Assembly: GCF_036365525.1 (NCBI RefSeq)
Contig: NC_090419.1
Span: 13,907,311 to 13,971,310, forward strand
Direction: 5' to 3'
DNA length: 64,000 bases
From: Heterodontus francisci
Lineage: Eukaryota
Part shown: piece by piece, positions 37,566 through 61,856 of the stretch
How positions within the stretch are numbered: position 1 is the first letter of the stretch
How the letters are laid out: every line of letters begins with the position of its first letter
Made by a program: the position numbers and the translations under genes
Notes under the pieces: generated by a model
The model's input: only the letters and a program-made list of their open reading frames with translations
Databases searched by the model: none
Told to the model about the DNA's origin: nothing

Positions 37566-38186
37566 CCCCGGGTATCTGTTATTCTATATATAAACCCCCG
37601 AACCCCTCGATTAGATTCCAGTCTGTAACTCACTCCAGGGAATTTGTTCTTCACTATATAAACCCCCCGAACCCCTCGATTAGATTCCAGTCTGTAACTC
37701 ACTCCCGGGTATCTGTTATTCTATATATAAACCCCCCGAACCCCTCGATTAGATTCCAGTCTGTAACTCACTCCCGGGTATCTGTTATTCTATATATAAA
37801 CCTCCCGAACCCCTCGATTAGATTCCAGTCTGTAACTCACTCCCAGGTATCTGTTATTCTATATATAAACCCCCCCGAACCCCTCGATTAGATTCCAGTC
37901 TGTAACTCACTCCCGGGTATCTGTTATTCTATATATAAACCCCCCCGAACCCCTCGATTAGATTCCAGTCTGTAACTCACTCCCGGGTATCTGTTATTCT
38001 ATATATAAACACCCCGAACCCCTCGATTAGATTCCAGTCTGTAACTCACTCCCGGGTATCTGTTATTCTATATATAAACCCCCCGAACTCCTCAATTAGA
38101 TTCCAGTCTGTAACTCACTCCCGGGTATCTGTTATTCTATATATAAACCCCCCGAACCCCTCGATTAGTCTGTAACTCACTCCCGG
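37566..38186 (+). repeat. ~69-bp minisatellite (GGGTATCTGTTATTCTATATATAAACCCCCCGAACCCCTCGATTAGATTCCAGTCTGTAACTCACTCCC), about 9 units
   Basis: Period 69-70 nt, read directly. Confidence 0.93.
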
Positions 38187-38361
38187 CGTACCTGCAACGT
38201 GCACTTTGCGACCACGTTCTCCGGATTGTCACTGCGGACCGGGGTCCCGTGGCTGATTTTCTGTTCGCTCCCCTTTCCAATGTGGGACGGCTTGAGCACT
38301 GAGAGCAAAGCTAGTGGAACAAGACAAAGCAATTAAGTGAGCGAATGCTGCTGATTTTTAC

Positions 38362-38610
38362 CTGCCTGCCGTCCAGAGAGCTTCACAGAAGGAGCTGAAG
38401 GGGGTCTCCGGCGTTTAGCTGGAGCGAGCACTGTGGGCTATTTGTACCGCCAGACAACGGAAAGGGAGTGTCTAATCTTATCGGCTGATTGAAGGACTGT
38501 ACACAAAACAGCAATCGAATTCCCTGGATGAGATGCTTTTAAGGTTTGAGATAGCACCGGCACTCAGCAACTGCACGGAAGCTGGCGATAGCTGGGAGTT
38601 TGTTTATTTG
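38362..38610 (-). promoter_or_regulatory. Candidate promoter and non-coding first exon of the ghrelin-like gene
   Basis: CAG|gtaaaa donor at 38362/38361, TATA-like TACAAATAG at 38446-38438, GATA site at 38477-38482, FoxA-like TGTTTATTTG at 38601-38610. The acceptor before the ATG exon implies an upstream exon exists. Confidence 0.35.
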
Positions 38611-39365
38611 GGGAGCGGTGGGTGGGCGGTGAGAGAGCTGGGACAGAGGGGCTGATGGCCATCGCTACCTTCCAGAAACCGTGTTTGTGGATTCCTTGCT
38701 GGGCAGGCAGGACATGCGTTTCCTGGGTGGTGAGATATGTCCCTCTTGTTTTTTTTCTCTCTCTTTCTCTCCCCGCTCAAATGCCGGAGGATGTGGAATG
38801 TGCTTCGTAGAGGGGGTGGGGGGGGGGGGGGGGTGGGGTGCAGGGGGTGTTGACGGGTGGAATGTGTGGATACCTGCGTTGTGTGTGCGCGCGAATTGCT
38901 CATTTCATCCACCCCCACCACCTTCCCAAAAGGCATATCCGCCTCACTAGGGACGTGAGACACGGATGCCTCGTAGGCACGGACAACGAGCACAGAGACT
39001 AATGACAAGCTGAATGCATTCGAGTTGCGGACACATGGCACAACGTCAAAGAGGGAAAGGAAGAGCGTGTGAATTAGGAGCAGGAGTAGGCCCTTCGGCC
39101 CTTCGAGACAATTACTGGAAGGAAGGATCGGCGGAAAACGCAGGAGAGGGAAGCAGGGGGTAGAAAGTGGATGAGGTATATAATGGACTGGATACCGATG
39201 ACCCATGTGGAATGGGTAAGGGAAGCACAGGACAGATAGCGGTGGAGAGCCATGGCCCTCCGCAGAGATTCAACCCTCCTGGGAAGAAGATGACACCAAC
39301 GAGGGAGTTGCGGCGTTCACGCTCCCGATCATTCTCCGCACGCGAGCATTCTTCCAAAGTTCGAT

Positions 39366-42098
39366 AGACTCAGGAGCAGTTCCTACAGATTGGAGGGTGG
39401 CAAATGTAACCCCACTATTTAAAAAAGGAGGGAGAGAAAAAAAAGCATGCTTTGATTAGAGACAGTCAGCATTGCTTTGTGAGGGGCAGGTCATGCCTCA
39501 CAAGCCTTATTGAATTCTTTGGAAGATGTGACAAAACACATTGATGAAGGAAGAGCAGTGGATGTGGTGTATATGGATTTTAGCAAGGCGTTTGATGAGG
39601 TTCCCCATGGTAGGCTCATTCAGAAAGTAAGGAGGCATGGGATACAGGGAAAGTTGGCTGTCTGGATACAGAATTGGCTGGCTCATAGAAGACAGAGGGT
39701 GGTAGTAGATGGAAAGTATTCAGCATGGAGCTCGGTGACCAGTGGTGTTCCACAAGGATCTGTTCTGGGACCTCTACTGTTTGTGATTTTTATAAATGAC
39801 TTGGATGAGGAAGTGGAAGGCTGGGTTAGCAAGTTTGCCAATGACATGAAGGTTGCTGGAGTTGTGGATAGTGTGGAAAGCTGTTGTAGGTTGCAACGGG
39901 ACATTGACAGGATGTAGAGCTGGGCTGAGAAGTGGCAGATGGAGTTTAACCTGGAAAAGTGTGAAGTGATTCATTTTGGAAGGTCGAATTTGAATGCAGA
40001 ATACAGGTTTAAAGACAGGATTCTTGGTAGTGTGGAGGAACAGAGGGATCTTGGGGTCCATGTCCATAGATCGCTCAAAGTTGCCACCCAAGTTGATAGG
40101 GTTGTTAAGAAAGCGTATGGTGTGTTGGCTTTCATTAACAGGGGGATTGAGTTTAAGAGCCGCGAGGTTATGCTGCAGCTCTATAAGGCCCTGGTTAGAC
40201 CACACTTGGAATATTGTGTTCAGTTCTGGTCGCCTCATTATAGGAAGGATGTGGAAGCTTTAGAGAGGGTGCAGAGGAGATTTACCAGGATGCTGCCTGG
40301 AATGGAGGGCATGTCCTCCGAAGAAAGATTGAGGGAGCTAGGGCTTTTCTCATTGGAGCGAAGAAGGATGAGAGGTGACTTGATAGAGGGGTACAAGATG
40401 ATGAGAGGTATAGATAGAGTGGATAGCCAGAGACTTTTTCCCAGGGTGGAAAGGGCTATCACCAGGGGGCATAGTTTTAAGGTGATTGGAGGAAGGTTTC
40501 GGGGAGATGTCAGAGGTAGGTTCTTTACACAGAGAGTGGTGGGTGTGTGGAATGCACTGCCAGCGGTGGTAGTAGAAGCAGATACAGCAGGGACATTTAA
40601 GCGACTCTTGGATAGGTACATGGATGATAGTAGAATGAAGGGTAGGTAGTTTGATCTTAGAATAGGTTAAATGTTCGGCACAACATCGTGGGCCGAAGGG
40701 CCTGTACTGTGCTGTACTGTTCTGTGTTCTATGTTCTGCAGACCAGTGAGCCTTATATCAGTAGTGGGGAAAATGCGAGAGTCTATTAGAAAGGATGTGA
40801 TAGCAGAACTCCTGGAAAGCATAAAAGGGATTGGGCAAAGTCAGCATGGGTTTACAAAAGGGAAGTCATGCTTAACAAATCTACTGGAGTTTTTGAGGAT
40901 GTAACTAGTTGAATAGATAAGGGAGAACCAGTGGATGTGGTGTATTTGGATTTTCAGAAGGCTTTTGATAAGGTCCCACATAAGAGGTTAGTGTGCAAAA
41001 TTAAAGTACATGGAATTGGGGGTAATATACTGGCATGGATTGGGAATTGGTTGACAGACAGGAAACAGTAGGAATAAATGGGTCTTTTTCCGGGTGGCAG
41101 GCAGTGACTAGAGGGGTACTGCAGGGATCAGTGCTTGGGGCCCCAGCTATTCACATATTAATGAGTTGGGTGACATAATGAAACGCAACATTTCCAAGTT
41201 TGCAGACAACACAAAGCTGGGGGTGACTGTGAGCTGTGAGGAGGATGCAAAGAGGCTCCAATGTAATTTGGGCAAGTTGGGTGAGTGGGCAAATGCAGTA
41301 TAATGTGGATTAATGTGAGGTTATCCACTTTGGTTGTAAAAACAGAAGGGCAGATTATTATCTAAACGGTGATAGATTGGGAAAGGGGGAGGTGCAATGA
41401 GACCTGGATGTCCTTTTATACCAGTTGCTGAAAGTAAGCATTCAGGTGCAGCAAGCAATTAGGAAGGCGAATGGTATGTTGGCCTTCATTGCAAGAGGAT
41501 TTGAGTACAGGAGCAAGGATGTCTTACTGCAGTTATACAGGGCCTTGGTGAGACCACATCTGGAGTATTGTGTGCAGTTTTGGTCTCCTTATCTGAGGAA
41601 GGATGTTCTTGCCATGGAGGGAGTGCAAAGAAGATTTACTAGGCTGATTCCTGGGATGGCAGGATTGACGTATGAGGAGAGATTGGGTTGACTAGGCCGA
41701 TATTCACGAGTTTAGAAGAATGAGAGGGGATTTCATAGAAACCTATAAAATTCTAACAGGACTAGACAGGCCCGATGCAGGGAGGATGTTCCCGATGGCT
41801 GGGGAGTCCAGAACCAGGGGTCACAGTCTCAGGATGCGGGGTATGCCATTTAGAACTGAGATGAGGGGAAATTTCTTCACTCAGAGGAAGTGGTGAACCC
41901 GTGGAATTCTCTACCACAGAAGGCAGTGGAGGCCAAGTCATTAAATATATTCAAGAAGCAGATGGATATATTAATGCCAAAGGGATATGGGGAGAAAGCG
42001 GGAACAGGGTACTGAATTAGACCATCAGCCATGATCTTTTTTGAATGGCGGAGCAGGGCCGAATGGCCTACTCCTGCTCCTATTTGCTATGTTTCTAT
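39366..42098 (+). mobile_element. CR1 LINE with a second CR1 (about 39445-40736) nested inside
   Basis: The outer WRVANVTPLFKKGGREK resumes as RPVSLISVVGK at ~40740; the inner copy has its own RT and a (TGTTC)-type tail. Confidence 0.85.
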
Positions 42099-42289
42099 GA
42101 GCCCAGGCTAGTCAGTGCCAGCAGGATCTTCGACTGCGTGAGGCATTGCACCTCGGCCTAGTCCTGGCCCCGGCCTGAGGCCCCCATGCGCTTGCATCTT
42201 CCAGTGAAATTGGATAGTGGTTGGGGAGGTGGTCCTTAGTATGTGGAACCACCCTGCACTGTGTAGACAGGAAGCAGGGGATGTTTGGG

Positions 42290-42752
42290 GAGGTGGGGGG
42301 GGGGGTGGGTGGTGGCGGAGTTATCCCAATATTTATCATTGTGTTCCATTGTCTCACACCAGATGGAGCTTGGCTGGTGGCGAGGAGGGCCCTCCCCTCC
42401 AGATCCTCCCTGCACGCCCGACGTCTCACTCCCTCCGCACGCTGCCCTCGAGGTGGCCCACCTCCTTCTGGAATGTGCCTTTGCAAAGCAGGCGTGGAAC
42501 GAGAGGCAGTGTTGTGTTTTTTTTCGGGTCGAGGTTCATCCCGTGCAGCTCCGCAACGTGGGATTCTGTGCTCGACCGGGCTGTTCCCAGGGACGCTCAC
42601 CGAGATAAACAGCAACTGCTGCTGGAGGACCATCGACTCGGCGAAAGACGCTCCTCGCTGGTCTCCCAGCGCCAAGAGTTGTCCATGACCGAGGGTTGCA
42701 GACTGGCACCTTCCCAGGTGCAGGACTACGTGCTGAGGGACGCACTGAGGCT
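42290..42752 (+). mobile_element. Degraded 3' ORF2 fragment of a different L1/Tx1-like family
   Basis: Fragments WLVARRALP, SARCPRGG, VAHLLLECAFAK and VQDYVLRDALRL across frames resemble the Tx1 C-terminal zinc-binding region. Confidence 0.6.
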
Positions 42753-42755
42753 CAG

Positions 42756-43375
42756 TGGGGGATACAAAAGCGGGGATGTGATGCTGGAACTGTATAAAAC
42801 GCTGGTTCGGCCACAGCTGGAGTATTGCGTACAGTTCTGGTCACCACATTACAGGAAGGACATAATTGCTCTGGAGAGAGGACAGAGGGGATTTACAAGA
42901 ATGTTGCCAGGTCTTGAAAGGTGCAGCTATGAGGAAAGATTGGATCGGCTCGGGTTGTTTTCCTTAGAACAGAGGAGGCTGAGGGGTGACTTAATAGAGG
43001 TGTACAAAATGATGAGGGGCTGAGATAGAGTAGACAGGAAGGACCTGCTTCCCCTAGTGGGGAGGTCAATTACTGGGGGGGGGGGGGCACAGGTATAAAG
43101 TGATTGGTAGAAGGATTAGAGGGGACATGAGGAAAAACTTTGTCACCCAGAGGTTGGCGGGTGTCTGGAATTCACTGCCCGGATCGGTGATGGAGGCTGA
43201 AACCCTCGACTCATTATAAAGGTACCTGGACCTGCACCTGAGGTGCTGTAACCTGCAAGGCCGCGGACCAGGTGCTGGGAGGTGGGATTAGAATGGGCGG
43301 CCGGTTTTTCTTTCCAGCAGACGCGATGGGCTGAAGGGCCTCTTTCTGTGCCGTAACTTTCCGATGGTTTCGATG
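42756..43375 (+). mobile_element. CR1 LINE 3' fragment
   Basis: LYKTLVRPQLEYCVQFWSPHY plus tail. Confidence 0.85.
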
Positions 43376-43420
43376 GCAAGGTCCTGCCACCGTAGTATAA
43401 TGAGGGGGTGGGGGGGGGGG

Positions 43421-43780
43421 TTTAGTTTAGTTTAGTTTAGAGATACAGCACTGAAACAGGCCCTTCGGCCCACAGAGTCTGTGCCGACCATCAACCCCCC
43501 ATTTATACTAATCCTACACTAATCCCATATTCCTTCCACATCCCCACCTGTCCCTATATTTTCCTACCGCCTACCTATACTAGGGGCAAATTTATAATGG
43601 CCAATTTACCTATCAACCTGCAAGTCTTTTGGCTTGTGGGAGGAAACCGGAGCACCCGGAGAAAACCCACGCAGACACAGGGAGAACTTGCAAACTCCAC
43701 ACAGGCAGTACCCAGAATTGAACCCGGGTCGCTGGAGCTGTGAGGCTGCGGTGCTAACCACTGCGCCACTGTGCCGCCCC
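43421..43780 (-). mobile_element. HE1-type SINE, full length
   Basis: Reverse complement of the above with a (TTTAG)n tail. Confidence 0.88.
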
Positions 43781-44696
43781 TATAACGCACCAGAGATTGT
43801 CTGACCTGGAATGCAAAGTGCCAGGAGACACCTCGTGCGTTGAAAGGAAGGGACATTGAAATCGAAATTGCACCGTTATGTCAGGTCTTTCGACGAATTG
43901 TTGGGAACAAAGTATTTTTTTTTTTGGAAGAAAATAAATTAACTCGCGTCCAAAAAGAGGATTGGAGAGCAAATCCCAACAGACACAGCAACTGGAAAAG
44001 GGGATCAATATTAAACAGGGGTTTTTTCTCCCCCCCTCCCCCCCCCCCCACCCACCCAACCCAACCGCACCCTCAACCCTTGGTCTGCAGCTCTGAGGGT
44101 TTATTTGTGCAGTGCACTGTTGCTTTAAGCAGTTTGGGGGAGGTTGAACGAGGAGGGAGGGGGAGTGGGAATGAGGAGATCTCGCGGGACTGAACACGTT
44201 TCCTCTCAGTTCTGCTCAGCTGAAGAAAAAAAAGGACACTCGTGGAGCCAGTGAGTAAGTTGTGTGTTGGCTCCCTCCCTGGGACAGACAGGCAAAGAGC
44301 CAGAGACAGTCAGCAGGGGTCCATCCCTAGCAGCAGAAACAGCAGCCCCGGACAGCGTGGCAGAGCATCCCAGGATAGCACCGGAGAGGAGAAGATGGTC
44401 GGAAAACATCCCAGAGCTCTCACCCTGACAGTAAGAGCTCAAGTCTTCAGCAGGTCTCGTCAGGCGGGGTGGGGGGGGGGGGGGGGGGGGTGGGGGGAAG
44501 GTGGAGGGAGGTCATTTGATATTGCAAAGCCCTGTTCGCACAAATGTCACCTCTGTGCATAGATTGTCTCCGTACGTGAAGCTATTTGGAAGGTCACACT
44601 CTACTAACTGGCCTCGGGACTGGGCTCAGTGGAGGGATGAAGGGATCGGCCCCCTTGATAATTAATATTTATCAGGAGCTCCGTAATTCCCCACTG

Positions 44697-45410
44697 AGTA
44701 CTGAGGGAGCCCCGCGCTGTCGGAGGGTCAGTACTGAGGGAGCCCCGCGCTGTCGGAGGGTCAGTACTGAGGGGGCCCCGCACCGTCGGAGGGTCAGTAC
44801 TGAGGGAGTGCCGCACTGTTGGAGGGTCAGTACTGAGGGAGCGCCGCACTGTCGGAGGGTCAGTACTGAGGGAGTGCCGCACTGTCGGAGGGTCAGTACT
44901 GAGGGGGCCCCGCACTGTCGGAGGGTCAGTACTGAGGGGGGCCCCGCACCGTCGGAGGGTCAGTACTGAGGGGGCCCCGCACCGTCGGAGGGTCAGTACT
45001 GAGGGGGCCCCGCACTGTCGGAGGGTCAGTACTGAGGGAGTGCCGCACTGTCAGAGGTGCCATCTTTCAAATGAATCTTTAAACCCGAGGCCCCGATTTT
45101 ACTTTCAGATGGTCAAAAACGATCTGACGGTCGCTATTGGTTGGACGATCAATGGCAGGGGAGTTGGGGGGAGGGGAGGAGGGGGGGGGGTGCGTGCAGC
45201 AGAGGGTGGTGTGGGCGCAGTTCTACCCGGTGTCCTGGGGCCAATATTTAACTCTCAACCGACATCAGTGGAAAAGAAAAGATGGTCTGGGCCGTTTATC
45301 GCGTTGCTGTTTGTGGGATCTTGCTGTGCGCAAATCGGCCTGCCGCGCTCCCTGCCTTACAGCAGTGACCGCGCCCGGGGCTGCGAGGCGATTCGGGACG
45401 CCCTGAGGGC
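44697..45410 (+). mobile_element. Same SINE family with a 33-bp expansion (about 11 units, 44697-45055)
   Basis: 33-bp array followed by the SINE body and TTGCTGTTTGTGGGATCTTGCTGTGCGCAAAT. Confidence 0.75.
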
Positions 45411-46075
45411 ACATTTTCCGCATCGCAGAAGTGACCCAGCACGGCGAGGAGGCCATTCGTTCCATCGTGCCTCTGCTGGCTGTTTATGGTGGTGCCGTCT
45501 GGTCAATCCCGCTCCACCCCTGCTCTTCCCCCATCGTCCTGCAATTCTCCGCTTAACCTTCCCTGCTCTCGGGGGAACAATCCCAGCCTCTCCAGTCTCT
45601 GCCTTCCCATTTATTTCTGCGTTAAACCCTGCTTTACGCCCCCACTTTTATTTTAATGCGTTCACTCTCTCTCTCTCAACCTGTGCCGTCTCTCCTCACA
45701 ACTCCCTCTGCGTGCATGCGTGCGTGTTTCTATTTCTCTCTCTCTCTCTCTGTACTCATGTATCCAATGCCCCCTCTGTCCTCCATCCCTTCAGTCCTCA
45801 CTGTCTGTCTTGCAGAAGTGGGTGCCCCCCACCAACGGGTGCAGGGGTCGGTGCGTGTGCAGATTCAGGAGGGCGGGGCCCCCCGAGGTATCACAATGAG
45901 CCAAGTCGTGTTGGTAATCCATGCTTTATGAACAACTACTGGATATCCGGATAGTTTATCATAGATTGCAAAGTTTCAATGCATTGACTGGTACCTTAGG
46001 CGATGTAACCAAACAACTGGAAGACTCAACTAATGTAGACATTTCGAGCCCTGCAGCTGCTATAATGTTGATGGC

Positions 46076-46665
46076 GACTCTCACTGGGGTCCCACACGCA
46101 CTGACTCTCACTGGGGTACGGGTCCCACACGCACTGACTCTCACTGGGGTCCCACACGCACTGACTCTCACTGGGGTACGGGGGTCCCACAAACACTGAC
46201 TCTCACTGGGGTACGGGTCCCACACGCACACTGACTCTCACTGGGGTCCCACACACACTGACTCTCACTGGGGTCCCACACGCACTGACTCTCACTGGGG
46301 TACGGGTCCCACACGCACTGACTCTCACTGGGGTCCCACACACACTGACTCTCACTGGGGTCCCACACGCACTGACTCTCACTGGGGTCCCACACACACT
46401 GACTCTCACTGGGGTCCCACACGCACTGACTCTCACTGGGGTACGGGTCCCACACGCACACTGACTCTCACTGGGGTACGGGCTCCACACACACTGACTC
46501 TCACTGGGGTACGGGCTCCACACACACTGACTCTCACTGGGGTACGGGTCCCACACACACTGACTCTCACTGGGGTACGGGTCCCACACGCACTGACTCT
46601 CACTGGGGTACTGGTTCCACACACACTGACTCTCACTGGGGTACGGGTCCCACACGCACTGACTC
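46076..46665 (+). repeat. 27/33-bp minisatellite (CTGACTCTCACTGGGGT[ACGGGT]CCCACACGCA)n
   Basis: Two interspersed unit lengths differing by 6 nt. Confidence 0.92.
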
Positions 46666-47120
46666 AAATAAGTTGGGGATGTCTCGCTGTTCAGAAAGTG
46701 GTTAAACCTGTCAGGAAAGGTTGAACAGACTGGAGGTGCTTTTCACGGAAAGACTGACGAGTTCGCCTGATAGCAACCGTGAAGATTATGAAGGGGGGTT
46801 TCGATGGGGTAAACGTAGAGAAGATGTTTCCAGTTGCGGTGGAGACCAGAACTCGGGGGGCCATCAATATAAGACAGTCAGTAATAAATCCAATGGGGAA
46901 TTCAGGAGAAACTCCTTTCCCCAGAGAGTGGTGAGAATGTGGAACTCGCTCCCACAGGGAGTGGTCGAGGTGGATCGTATCGATGTATTTAAGGGGAAGC
47001 TGGATAAACATAAGAGGGGGAGAGGAATTTCTCCCACAGTCCTGTGATTCCTCTCACCATCTTCCAGGCGCTATCTAAATGCAGGTCAGAGATGGACAGC
47101 GACGGTCGAACGGCTTTCCC

Positions 47121-47915
47121 TCATTGCTCCTTGTTTATCAGCGCTTTCCGTTGGCCCAGGTATTCCAGAAAGCAGAAGCTGAGGTGGAATTGCAAGAGGT
47201 CGCACAGCTTGGAGCAGAAGTGACCGGAGATCCAGCCGGGCAGGAGGCCCCAGTCGGTCAGCGGCCGGTCCAGCAGCTTCAGGCCCACGAAGCCGGCGCA
47301 GGAGGCCAGGGCCAGCGCCAGGTGCCGCCACGAAGTCCGGTCGCCCAGGCGGGACTGGGCCGCAAACCCCGCCAGCCCGGCTGCCAGGATGTGGCAGCCC
47401 AGGGCCAGCTCGAAGCCCAGGCAGTGGGCCAGGGCCAGGCCGTAGCTGGCCGCCGAGGCCGCCTGGACGGCCAGCGGGAGGGCGAGGCCGCCCGGGCCCC
47501 TGCCCGCCGGCCCGAGGAGGTGGGCCGCCCAGGCCGGCACCCAGGCGAAGATGGGAAGGGTGATCCACTGGTCGAGCGCGGCCGGCCGCTGGGACTGGGT
47601 GGCAAGCCGGGTCCACTGCACCGGTCCGTAGCCCAGGGCCATCCAGGCGAAGGCGTCCTTGTAGTAGCCGTCGGCGCCCCCCGCCGCGGGCTCCCTCCGC
47701 AGCCAGAGCACCCCCACCGCCATGTATCCCAGGTTGACGAGCGAGTTGCAGGGCATGGCCAGCCAGGGCGGCAGCCAGGGCACCGGCTGCTCGGCGTAGT
47801 GCCCGTAACCCAGCTCGGTGCAGACGCCGTCAAACAGGCCGGTGGCAATGACGCCGATGCAGAGGCCGTAGAGCAGGAGGACGTGCAGGAAGGCTCTCCT
47901 CTTTGACCCTGACAT
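47121..47915 (-). CDS. TMEM187: Transmembrane protein 187, single coding exon, 264 aa
   Basis: Hydrophobic ORF with GYGHYAEQP, LAMPCNSLVNLGY, YGPVQW, LDQWITLPIFAW and GHFCSKLCD motifs; head-to-head with HCFC1 as in mammals. Confidence 0.93.
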   Translation of the reverse strand: MSGSKRRAFLHVLLLYGLCIGVIATGLFDGVCTELGYGHYAEQPVPWLPPWLAMPCNSLVNLGYMAVGVLWLRREPAAGGADGYYKDAFAWMALGYGPVQWTRLATQSQRPAALDQWITLPIFAWVPAWAAHLLGPAGRGPGGLALPLAVQAASAASYGLALAHCLGFELALGCHILAAGLAGFAAQSRLGDRTSWRHLALALASCAGFVGLKLLDRPLTDWGLLPGWISGHFCSKLCDLLQFHLSFCFLEYLGQRKALINKEQ

Positions 47916-47929
47916 TCCCAGCAGAGAGG

Positions 47930-48010
47930 CGACGTCAGCTCTCTCTCTCTCTCTCTCTCCCCTCCCCGTCTCGGCTCTGATCCTGCTTCCGGCTGTGGGC
48001 GGAGCGGGGA
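47930..48010 (-). promoter_or_regulatory. Proximal promoter-like motifs upstream of TMEM187
   Basis: CRE-like TGACGTC at 47931-47937, ETS CCGGAAG near 47986-47992, GC box near 47997. Confidence 0.4.
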
Positions 48011-50672
48011 ATTGCAGCCGAGCTGCCTGTGGGGAATGGTGCCAAGGGTCGGATTACTTCCCTCCCAGTCCTGCTCTTAAAGCTACACCGTCCTGCCGTC
48101 AATTACAGTCTACCTTCTCTTAAAAAGCCACCCAGAGCCGAGTGTTCACAACTCAGTAGCGAAGACCGAACAGGCCGGGGCTGCTTTCAGCAGAGGGGAG
48201 GGGGGGGGGGCACAGTGGGGGGTGGGATGACCTGAGTGCGGTCTTTAAAATGATGAAGGGGGTTGCGATAGGGCAGATGTAGAGAAGATGTGGGGGGAGA
48301 CCAGATCTAGGGGGCCCTCAATATAAGACAGTCACTAATAAATCCAATGGGGAATTCAGGAGAAACCCCTTTCCCCAGAAAGTGGTGAGAATGTGGAACT
48401 CGCTCCCACAGGGAGTGGTCGAGGTGGATAGTATCGATGCATTTAAGGGGGAAGCTGGATAAACACACGAGGGGAGAAAGGGATAGAAGAATATGGGGAT
48501 AGGGGGAGATGGAGAGGGGGGTGGGAGGAGGCTCCTGTGCAGCAGAAATAACAGCACGGAGCAGATGGCCCGAACGGCCTGTTTCGGCGCCGTAAACGCT
48601 TTTAAGAACGCACGAGACAGGAGCTGGAGGGGAGGCCATTCGAACCCCCTTGAGCCTGCTCCACCAATTCAATACCATCATGGGTGAAGCCTCGGCCTCA
48701 GCTCCACCTGCCCGCCCTAGACCCTCGATTTCCCCTCATTTCTCGATCCCCGCCTCGAATATGCCCGGGGGCCGAGCATCCACAGCTCGCCGGGGTCGAG
48801 AGCTCCAAAGGTTCACCACCCGCCAGCCGCAGAACACCCTCCCCGTCTCGGCCCGAAATGGTTCAGTTGTTAATAACTCGTTGCGAGGCTCGGCATGAAA
48901 TTTTGGTTTAGAAAGCTCCTGTTATGCGCTTTGGGGTTTTTTTTTTAAAAAAAGAGTTTGCACCTTCAGCGAGGATTCCTAACCCCATCGCTTTTCTGTC
49001 TTGATTCCACCCAGGGGGTTTGGGTTAAGGAGGAAAATTGGGCACCAACGATCCTGTGGCCGGATGGGGAAAAGAGCGGGTCGTTCCTCCAAGCGCCAGA
49101 AAATACTGGAGATGCCCAGCAGCCTCTGCGGGGAGAGCGAGAGAGAGAAAAAAACAAGAGTTAACGGTTTCAGGGCAGTGGCCGGTTCGCGCCATGCTCC
49201 CTCGAGCACCCGCCTTGCCGTGCGCAAAATGGCATTAACTGACTGGCCGGTGGGGGGGGGGAGGTGGTGCTCGCCGTGGTGCTGCCTGCGGGATCTTGCT
49301 GCCTGCAAAAAGTGGCGGCAAGGGCCCCTCCCGGCTCCTGCCAGTGGTGGGGGTGGGGTGGGGTCTTGCTGTGCACAGAATGGTGCACGCCAACGTAAAT
49401 TTTTTTGCGTGAAGCATTTTGCGGCATCCTTTTCCCCCACCGCCCTTATTAACCTTGCTCATTGCAACTTTAACCTACTTATTAAAGGTTTATATAATTA
49501 TTGATAATTCAATGTATTATTGTTGCACTTGGCTTGTTTCCCATTGAGGTTGACAGGGGCCTAACTTTAAGGATGGAGCCTGTGGTTGCCACCCGTTGCC
49601 CTGGCGATTGGTTGCCATGGGGATAGGCCTGTTGCTATGGACGTGGAAACCTGGTGGGGGGAGGGGGGGTCATGACCCCGGACAATCAAGAGGGTCCAGG
49701 TTTCTGATCACCAGAAATAAAAAAATTAGCGCTGCGTTTACTTACTTTCAGATGGGTTTCGATGTTGGGGTGGAAGATTGATATTAATTGGGAAATAATA
49801 GTTTTGTTAATTTTACCCTGGATTCCGAAGAGGGGGCGGGGCTTGCAGGAAGGAGAATGACGTGCGGATGAACCAATCAGCGAAGCCCGCCCCCCGACCA
49901 ATCAGCGCAAAGGGTGGACAGAGACAACCCCCCCCCCCCAACAAATCTACTTCTTCAAATAAATCATTTAATTTACTTTTCCTCGAAGATGCAAATTTAC
50001 TTCTTCCCCCTATCGAGTCATGCTCGGAAAATATTAATTAATAAAAAAAAGAAAGTCGTGAGGTAGGGAGATGGGCGGGACTTCCGGTTTCTTGAACGGT
50101 TCACAAAAAAACATTTTACGCCAAATGAGAAGAACCCAATAATGTCGCATTAAAGCCTTTCGCACTTGTTATTCATTAAAAAAAAAAAATACCGTCAGGT
50201 ATTGGGGAGTTAATTTTCTTCATTAGTTTCATTTTTGAGGGGTTAATTGGTTGCCATGGGCAGTCGCCCATGGTTACGCTTCCCGCGCCCTCCGCCGTCG
50301 CCGGCACATCCGGTCCTGACGTTAAAAAAAGAACAAAACATTTCTGTTGAATCGGAACACAAGAACCCCCCCTAAACATTTTTTGTTTGGGTTTAAATAA
50401 ATAAAAAAGAAAACGGACGTATTTATTTCAAGCATGATAACTTTGTTTTATTTTAACTACTGGTTGTGTGTGTGAGAGAGCGACGGGGGGGGGGGGAGGA
50501 GGGAATGCGGCTGCGCGTCTCCCTGGCTCGGTCCTCCAGGCACCGCCCCCCCCCCCCCAACCCCAGCCTTAACTCCTCCTCCTTCCCATCTCTCCCCGCC
50601 CCCTCTTCCCTCACCACCACCCCGCCTCCTTGTTGCCCCTCCCCCCCTCCCGGCCGTTGCGCGCGCCGAAAG

Positions 50673-61759
<11,087 letters not shown>

Positions 61760-61856
61760 GTAAGGAGCAGGAAGGTTTAATCCGGTGTAGGGATTCCACT
61801 TTCAAAAGGCTGCTTGCACGACTTCATCACTTCTCAGCTCTCATTGAGTCGTTATT

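Noticed and set aside
45040-45954. 304-aa ORF
   Set aside because: It runs through SINE and low-complexity sequence with no domain and no supporting exon structure.
47079-47906. 275-aa ORF antisense to TMEM187
   Set aside because: GC-rich shadow of the real gene, with no recognisable motifs.
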